Under the pieces are notes generated by a model. It worked only from the letters and a program-made list of their open reading frames with translations, had not been told where the DNA came from and did no database searches. From an uncultured bacterium (GTDB taxonomy: Bacteria; Margulisbacteria; WOR-1; CAVSGV01), in assembly GCA_963699255.1 (NCBI GenBank), contig OY969425.1, positions 1,020,001-1,052,000 of the forward strand: DNA of 32,000 bases, read 5' to 3'. Below are positions 26,093 through 32,000 of the stretch, in pieces; positions within the stretch are counted from its first letter, which is position 1; the number at the start of each line of letters is the position of its first letter. Both the position numbers and the translations under genes were made by a program.

Positions 26093-28786
26093 ATGGCAAA
26101 GGCAAAGAAAAAAGCATCGGGTAAAAAATATGTCTACTATTTCGGGGACGGGAAAGCTGAAGGGAACGGGCAAATGAAGGACCTGCTTGGAGGAAAAGGA
26201 GCAGGGCTGGCGGAAATGACGAACACGGGAGTGCCGGTCCCCTCAGGTTTTACCATAACCACGGAAGTCTGCAATATGTTCTTTAAGGTCGGGAGCAAAG
26301 TCCCGGCCGAGGTAACAAAACAACAGGCGCAATATACGGAGATGCTGGAAAAGTCCATGGGTGCCAAGCTCGGCGATCCGCGAAATCCTCTTCTCGTATC
26401 GGTAAGGTCCGGATCGAAATTCTCCATGCCTGGCATGATGGATACGATCCTCAACCTGGGACTGAATGATGAGACCGTCCACGGACTGATAACGAAAACA
26501 AAGAACGAGAGGTTCGCTTACGACTGCTACAGGCGCTTCATCCAGATGTTCGGCAACGTCGTTCTGGGTATGGAAAAGAACGAGTTCGAACACATACTTC
26601 AGCATAAAAAGGAAGAGATGGGCGTGATACTTGACACGGACCTCAGCGCGGATGACCTGAAAGACCTGATCTTAAGATATAAAAAGACGGTAAAAGAATC
26701 CACCGGCAAGGATTTCCCCCAGGATGCAAGGATCCAGCTCGATATGGCGCGGGACGCCGTATTTAAATCATGGATGAATCCCAGGGCCATAACCTACAGG
26801 AAGCTGAACGACATCCCGAATAACCTGGGCACCGCCGTGAACGTACAATCGATGGTATTCGGCAACATGGGAGACGATTCAGCCACCGGCGTAGGCTTCA
26901 CAAGGAACCCCTCGACCGGCGAGAACAAATTCTACGGAGAATATCTTACGAACGCGCAGGGCGAGGACGTCGTCGCGGGAATAAGAACCCCGCAGCCGAT
27001 AGCAAGGCTTGAGAAAGAAATGCCTGCGGTCTACAAACAACTCAGGGCGATCACTTTGAAGCTTGAAAAACACTACCGAGATATCCAGGATTTTGAATTC
27101 ACGATACAGAAGGGCAAGCTGTACATGCTTCAGACCAGGACCGGAAAGAGGACCGCTCCCGCGGCCGTGAGGATCGCCGTTGAGATGGTCCAAGATAATT
27201 TCATCACAAAAGAAGAGGCGATATTAAGGATAGACCCGGCTTCCCTCGACCAGCTTCTGCATCCGGTAATAGATCCGAAAGCGAAAGTTAAGGTCATAGT
27301 AAAAGGACTTCCGGCTTCTCCGGGCGCCGCCACGGGTATGGCGGTGTTCACCGCGGATGAGGCGGTAAAAAGAGCCGGCGAAAAGACCATACTTGTCCGC
27401 AACGAGACCTGCCCGGATGACATTCATGGTATGGATGCTGCGCAGGGTATCTTGACCGCGAGGGGCGGAATGACATCTCACGCCGCCGTCGTCGCGCGAG
27501 GCATGGGAAAATGCTGCGTGGCTGGCTGCGAGGAGATCAAGGTTGATGAAAAAGGCAAGAAGTTCTGTATAAAAGACGTTACGGTAAAAGATGGCGACTG
27601 GATCACGCTCAACGGCACTACAGGCGAGGTCATACTCGGCCAGGTACCTACCATTGAACCTTCCTTATCCGGGGAATTCGGCCAGCTGATGAAATGGGCT
27701 GATTCCTTCAGGAAGATCGGCGTTCGCGCGAACGCGGATATTCCGCATGATGCCCATGTCGCGAGAGGTTTTGGCGCGGAAGGGATCGGTCTCTGCCGCA
27801 CGGAACACATGTTCTTCGCGGAAGACAGGCTTCCTCACATGCAGGCGATGATAATGGCGAATACGGAACCCGACCGGCGCAAAGCGCTCGCAAAACTTTT
27901 GCCGATGCAAAAAAGCGATTTCATAGGCCTGTTCAAGGAAATGAAAGGTTATCCGGTCACGATAAGGCTGCTTGATCCTCCGCTCCATGAATTCCTGCCC
28001 AAGAGAGAAGAGCTGATGGTGGAAGTAGCGGTGCTGAAAGCAACAGGCGGCGATAAGGCGAAAATAGCAGAGAAGTCAAAGATCCTTGATAGAGTTGAAA
28101 GCTTGCACGAGCTGAACCCGATGCTGGGACTCAGAGGATGCAGGCTGGGCATTGCGTACCCCGAGATAACCGAGATGCAGGCCCAGGCGATCATCGAAGC
28201 AGCATGCGAGCTCAAAAAAGAGGGTTTGACCGTAGTTCCCGAGATCATGATCCCGCTGGTTGGACTTCTGAACGAACTCAAAAACCAGAAAACTATCATA
28301 AAAAGGATCGCGGAAGAAACAATAAAGAAGCACGGCTGCAAGATAGAATATAAGATCGGCACAATGATAGAACTTCCGAGGGCGGCCGTTATAGCCGATG
28401 AGATAGCGACCGAAGCGGAATTCTTCTCGTTCGGGACAAACGACCTGACGCAGACGACCTTTGGCTTCAGCCGCGACGATGTCGTAAAATTCCTTAACAG
28501 CTACATCGACAAAGGAATCCTTGAAAAAGATCCTTTCGCCACACTTGATCAGAACGGCGTCGGGAAACTGGTAAGGATGGGAGTGGCAGGCGGCAGATCG
28601 GTAAACAAAACATTGAAGATAGGTATCTGCGGTGAACACGGCGGAGACCCGGCATCAGTTGAATTCTGCCACAGGGAGCATCTTAATTATGTAAGCTGCT
28701 CGCCTTACAGGGTTCCGATAGCCCGTCTTGCGGCGGCCCATGCTGCGATAAAAGAGAAAGCCAGGACAGCCTATACGACCAAGTAA
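26093..28786 (+). CDS. ppdK: pyruvate, phosphate dikinase
   Basis: LLGGKGAGLAEMTNTGVPVPSGFTI, ARGGMTSHAAVVARGMGKCCVAGC, SFGTNDLTQTTFGFSRDD, ICGEHGGDP. Confidence 0.96.
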   Translation: MAKAKKKASGKKYVYYFGDGKAEGNGQMKDLLGGKGAGLAEMTNTGVPVPSGFTITTEVCNMFFKVGSKVPAEVTKQQAQYTEMLEKSMGAKLGDPRNPLLVSVRSGSKFSMPGMMDTILNLGLNDETVHGLITKTKNERFAYDCYRRFIQMFGNVVLGMEKNEFEHILQHKKEEMGVILDTDLSADDLKDLILRYKKTVKESTGKDFPQDARIQLDMARDAVFKSWMNPRAITYRKLNDIPNNLGTAVNVQSMVFGNMGDDSATGVGFTRNPSTGENKFYGEYLTNAQGEDVVAGIRTPQPIARLEKEMPAVYKQLRAITLKLEKHYRDIQDFEFTIQKGKLYMLQTRTGKRTAPAAVRIAVEMVQDNFITKEEAILRIDPASLDQLLHPVIDPKAKVKVIVKGLPASPGAATGMAVFTADEAVKRAGEKTILVRNETCPDDIHGMDAAQGILTARGGMTSHAAVVARGMGKCCVAGCEEIKVDEKGKKFCIKDVTVKDGDWITLNGTTGEVILGQVPTIEPSLSGEFGQLMKWADSFRKIGVRANADIPHDAHVARGFGAEGIGLCRTEHMFFAEDRLPHMQAMIMANTEPDRRKALAKLLPMQKSDFIGLFKEMKGYPVTIRLLDPPLHEFLPKREELMVEVAVLKATGGDKAKIAEKSKILDRVESLHELNPMLGLRGCRLGIAYPEITEMQAQAIIEAACELKKEGLTVVPEIMIPLVGLLNELKNQKTIIKRIAEETIKKHGCKIEYKIGTMIELPRAAVIADEIATEAEFFSFGTNDLTQTTFGFSRDDVVKFLNSYIDKGILEKDPFATLDQNGVGKLVRMGVAGGRSVNKTLKIGICGEHGGDPASVEFCHREHLNYVSCSPYRVPIARLAAAHAAIKEKARTAYTTK

Positions 28787-28858
28787 TCCCGACCAGAGTG
28801 TTGGGGTAAACCCCAACCAGGGTGTTGGGGTAAACGCCAACCAACGCATTGGAGTAAT
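28787..28858. repeat. three tandem 24-nt palindromic repeat units
   Basis: (T/C)CCCRACCAGRGTGTTGGGGTAAA x2 plus a diverged CGCCAACCAACGCATTGGAGTAAT. Confidence 0.75.
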
Positions 28859-28950
28859 TCCTTTGGCGAATAAATAGGAATGCCCTGAAGTTTCATTGAC
28901 AGGTTTTTGGCTATACAACAGCAATAATTTAAGCTGCGAATAAGAAATAC

Positions 28951-28979
28951 TTGACAAGATTTCAAATCTCCGCTATAAT
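28951..28979 (+). promoter_or_regulatory. consensus sigma70 promoter upstream of dgt-dnaG
   Basis: TTGACA - 17 nt - TATAAT. Confidence 0.8.
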
Positions 28980-28997
28980 TCCATCTTTGCGACTAAA

Positions 28998-29021
28998 CCC
29001 CAACCAATGTGTTGGGGTAAA
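28998..29021. repeat. isolated fourth copy of the 24-nt palindromic repeat in the dgt leader
   Basis: CCCCAACCAATGTGTTGGGGTAAA. Confidence 0.75.
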
Positions 29022-29045
29022 GATTGTTTTCTTCCGGGGGGCCTA

Positions 29046-30077
29046 ATGCTAATCCGCAAAGAAACAGAAGAAAGGGAAGACAAATTCCTTTCTCCTTACG
29101 CAGTAAGATCAAAGAACTCCAAGGGCAGGGACCGAAAAGAAAAAGAAGACGACATAAGGATGTGCTTTCAGCGCGACAGGGACAGGATCCTACACTCCAA
29201 AGCCTTCAGAAGATTAAAACATAAGACCCAGGTGTTCATTTCGCCCGTAGAGGACCATTACAGGACAAGGATGACCCACACTTTAGAGGTTTCTCAGATC
29301 GCCCGGACGATCGCGAGAGGCCTGTGCTTGAACGAGGACCTGACCGAAGCGATAGCACTGGGACATGACCTGGGACATACTCCGTTCGGACATGCCGGAG
29401 AAGATGTTTTGAACGATATCCTGAAGAACATCGACGTCGCGCCGAAAAGATGTTTTTTGCATAACGAACAGAGCGTAAGGGTCGTGGAAGTGCTGGAAAA
29501 AGGCGGCAAGGGGCTTAATCTTACCTGGGAAGTAAGGGACGGGATACTCCATCATCCGCAGAAAGACAAACAGCTGCCTGCGACTCTCGAAGGCCAGGTC
29601 GTGAGATACAGCGATCACATCGCTTATATCAGGCATGACATTGAAGACAGCATCCTGGCCGGTATAATAACCGGGAAAGACCTGCCCAAAAAACACACGG
29701 CAGTTCTCGGGAAGAACATCCTTGACACGATAATCCCTAACATCATCAAGAAAAGCAGGAATAAGAATAAGATACAGATGGACAAGAATATCGAAGATGC
29801 GATGAATGGTTTATATGATTTTCTTTATAATAGAGTTTATACAAGCTCCACGGCTAAGGGAGAAGAAAAAAAGATCCCTTATCTCCTGACCCAGCTTTTC
29901 AAGTATTACCACGATAACCCGGAAATGCTTCCATATTATAAGAGCGGCATGAAGGAAGTGGAGATCGTACAGAGCATAATTGACTTCATCGCCGGGATGA
30001 CCGACAGATACGCCACGAACAAGTTCACCGAGATCTTTGTGCCGAACGAATGGCACGTGAACATGGGAGCAAGATGA
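29046..30077 (+). CDS. dgt: deoxyguanosinetriphosphate triphosphohydrolase-like HD protein
   Basis: HSKAFRRLKHKTQVF, RTRMTHTLEVSQIARTIARGL, EAIALGHDLGHTPFGHAGE; start chosen at MLIRKETEE rather than the track start 29007. Confidence 0.9.
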   Translation: MLIRKETEEREDKFLSPYAVRSKNSKGRDRKEKEDDIRMCFQRDRDRILHSKAFRRLKHKTQVFISPVEDHYRTRMTHTLEVSQIARTIARGLCLNEDLTEAIALGHDLGHTPFGHAGEDVLNDILKNIDVAPKRCFLHNEQSVRVVEVLEKGGKGLNLTWEVRDGILHHPQKDKQLPATLEGQVVRYSDHIAYIRHDIEDSILAGIITGKDLPKKHTAVLGKNILDTIIPNIIKKSRNKNKIQMDKNIEDAMNGLYDFLYNRVYTSSTAKGEEKKIPYLLTQLFKYYHDNPEMLPYYKSGMKEVEIVQSIIDFIAGMTDRYATNKFTEIFVPNEWHVNMGAR

Positions 30078-31855
30078 TATTAAGCTCAACTATCGATGAG
30101 ATAAGGAACAAAGCAGATATACTCCAGATCGTTGGAGAATATGTCCCTCTTAAGAAAAGAGGCAAGAATTACATCGGGCTCTGCCCTTTCCATTCGGAAA
30201 AAACCCCGTCCTTTACCGTAAGCCCGGACAAACAGATATTCCACTGCTTCGGCTGCAACGAGGGGGGTAACATCTTTTCCTTCCTAATGAAAATAGAGAA
30301 TATCAGCTTTGCCGAATCCGTGGAACTTTTAGGCGAACGAGTGGGTATAACGGTACAGAAAACAGGCGCGTCTCCCGCGCTGCAAAGCGAAAAAGAAAAA
30401 TACCTCGAAATAATGGAACTTGCGAAAAAGTTCTACAGGGAAGCCCTGGAAGGCCCTGAAGGTGAGCCCGCCAGGGAATATCTGAAAAAAAGAGGCCTCA
30501 CTGATGATTCCGTGAAGGCATTTGAACTTGGTTTTTCCCCGAATAAGTGGGATTCACTCCTGAATTTTCTTTTTAAGAGGGGCGTTGACCGCAAAGACAT
30601 GGAAAAGCTGGGGCTGATAATCGAGAGAGGGGACAAAAGCGGACACTACGACAGATTCAGAGGAAGATTGATGTTCCCGATATGCAATTTAAGAGGGCGC
30701 GTCACGGGTTTCGGGGGCAGGATAATACCCACGGGCACGTCGACCAGCGAAGAAGCAAAATACATAAATTCGCCGGACTCCCCTGTTTACAACAAGGGAT
30801 ATTCGCTTTACGGGTTAAGCGTGACAAAGGACGAGATAAAGAAAACAAGAACGGCAGTCCTGGTGGAAGGCAACGTTGATCTGGTCTCCTGCTGGCAGTT
30901 CGGGATCAAGAACGTGGTTTGTCCTTTAGGCACGGCACTTACGCAGAACCAGGCGAAAATAATACACAGGTTCGCGGATAATGTGATCCTCGCTTTTGAC
31001 AGGGACAGCGCCGGAAACGCCGCAACGGCAAGAAGCGTTGAAATATTGAAAGACGAGGGATTCAGCGTGAAAGTTTCCGGCTTCGAAGGCGGGAAAGACC
31101 CTGATGAAGCGCTTAAAGCCAAAGGGGCGGAGAGTTTCATCAGGTCCCTTAACGACTCAGCCCCATGGATGGAATACATGATCCTGAATACGCTTTCAAA
31201 ATATAACCTGAATGAAATTGAGAACCGGGCAAAGGCAGCCAGGGAGGTTGCCCTGATAATCGCTCAGGAGAAAGAAGAGCTGGTCCAGAAGGGATACATA
31301 AATCTTGCGGCGAGCAAGTTGGGTTTCAGCGCTGATGAAATATCATCCGAAGTCAAGAGGCGCGGGTTCTACGTGAAAAAAGGCGGATCAACATCTTTGA
31401 ACACAAGCGTTGAGAAACCTTCTTCAAAGGCCGAAAAAGCCGAAGAGTGCCTGATAAAACTCTCAGTGAACAACAAAGAAATAATGGATATGTTTAAACG
31501 ATCCATAAGCTGGCAGGAATTTACCGGCAAGAACACCAGGATAATCGCCGAGCTTCTTCAAGTCACGGACTTTGACCAGAAAGATATAACGCATTTCTTG
31601 CTGGAGACCCTGCCGGACGAAGATTCAAAGAAACTGTTCTCAAAGATAATGGTGGGCGATTACCCGGCGGAGAACCTGGAAAAGGTGGCCGGAGACTGCA
31701 TAAATACGATAAAATCCCTTGCTCTTAAAATGAAAATGGCCGGTCTTCGCGAGAAGATAATGGCAGCGGAAAAAGAAGGCAAACTTGAGAACGTTTCCAT
31801 GCTACATAAGGAATTTAACGGCCTGAACGAGACATACAGGTCCTTATCGGTTTAG
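30074..31855 (+). CDS. dnaG: DNA primase
   Basis: Zinc-binding CPFHSEKTPSFTVSPDKQIFHCFGC, EGNVDLVSCWQFG Toprim, FDRDSAGNAA; ATGA overlap with dgt. Confidence 0.95.
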   Translation: MILSSTIDEIRNKADILQIVGEYVPLKKRGKNYIGLCPFHSEKTPSFTVSPDKQIFHCFGCNEGGNIFSFLMKIENISFAESVELLGERVGITVQKTGASPALQSEKEKYLEIMELAKKFYREALEGPEGEPAREYLKKRGLTDDSVKAFELGFSPNKWDSLLNFLFKRGVDRKDMEKLGLIIERGDKSGHYDRFRGRLMFPICNLRGRVTGFGGRIIPTGTSTSEEAKYINSPDSPVYNKGYSLYGLSVTKDEIKKTRTAVLVEGNVDLVSCWQFGIKNVVCPLGTALTQNQAKIIHRFADNVILAFDRDSAGNAATARSVEILKDEGFSVKVSGFEGGKDPDEALKAKGAESFIRSLNDSAPWMEYMILNTLSKYNLNEIENRAKAAREVALIIAQEKEELVQKGYINLAASKLGFSADEISSEVKRRGFYVKKGGSTSLNTSVEKPSSKAEKAEECLIKLSVNNKEIMDMFKRSISWQEFTGKNTRIIAELLQVTDFDQKDITHFLLETLPDEDSKKLFSKIMVGDYPAENLEKVAGDCINTIKSLALKMKMAGLREKIMAAEKEGKLENVSMLHKEFNGLNETYRSLSV

Positions 31856-31914
31856 CATGAAGTAATATATATACTTCATGCTTTAGTGAAATTTATTGCG
31901 ATTCTTCGCGATAA
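31854..31914 (+). promoter_or_regulatory. two hairpins in the dnaG to downstream gene intergenic region
   Basis: AGCATGAAGTA-atatata-TACTTCATGCT (31854-31882) and TTATTGCG-attctt-CGCGATAA (31893-31914). Confidence 0.6.
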
Positions 31915-31935
31915 TATGAACGAATGGAGGATTTA

Positions 31936-32000
31936 ATGAAAAAAGAAACGGATTATAAAAGTCTTAAAAATATCGGGGAGAAGAAAGGATATCTTACTCC
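31936..32000 (+). CDS. start of a CDS running off the window, probably the RNA polymerase primary sigma factor
   Basis: GGAGG 5 nt upstream, MKKETDYKSLKNIGEKKGYLTP; inference from position directly after dnaG (macromolecular synthesis operon). Confidence 0.45.
   Translation, partial: MKKETDYKSLKNIGEKKGYLT

Noticed and set aside
28787-28858. CRISPR array
   Set aside because: The 24-nt units are contiguous with no spacers, only three copies, and no cas genes.
1-32000. Numerous antisense ORFs of 60-360 aa in the track (e.g. 8533-9294 +, 10985-12055 +, 24204-24959 -, 28076-28639 -)
   Set aside because: All lie opposite well-recognised genes, have no recognisable motifs and typical shadow-ORF composition.

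Overview
The window is an ordinary-looking housekeeping region from an uncultivated-type bacterial genome, with an unusual accessory block at the left edge. From left to right it contains: (1) a minus-strand, tightly packed operon of four long soluble-looking proteins with no recognisable domain (7196 down to below 68), preceded by a HEIGH-motif gluzincin-like metallopeptidase; (2) argB, argJ, argC and the AMMECR1/Memo pair; (3) a phosphoglucosamine mutase convergent with a degenerate NtrC-like regulator, a 7TM histidine kinase and a GlmU-like uridyltransferase that lacks the acetyltransferase half; (4) the plus-strand cluster RRM protein - yqeK - LytR/CpsA/Psr - rsfS - tRNA-Ala(GGC) - FAH-family protein - TRBP-domain protein - YfiH/pgeF - ppsA - ppdK - dgt - dnaG - start of probable rpoD. 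The strongest unusual signals are small non-coding elements. The first is a paired inverted-hairpin (BIME/REP-like) element, present twice; one copy is flanked by an exact 17-bp duplication that preserves both the AMMECR1 C-terminus and the argC Shine-Dalgarno, and the other forms the 3' end of a coding sequence. The second is a 215-bp module of consecutive hairpins lying between the complete tRNA-Ala and a duplicate of its 3' end. The third is a 24-nt palindromic repeat family around ppdK/dgt. The four-gene orphan operon plus metallopeptidase is the best protein-level candidate for something undescribed; its last gene appears frameshifted close to the window edge. No CRISPR array, transposase or phage gene was seen.
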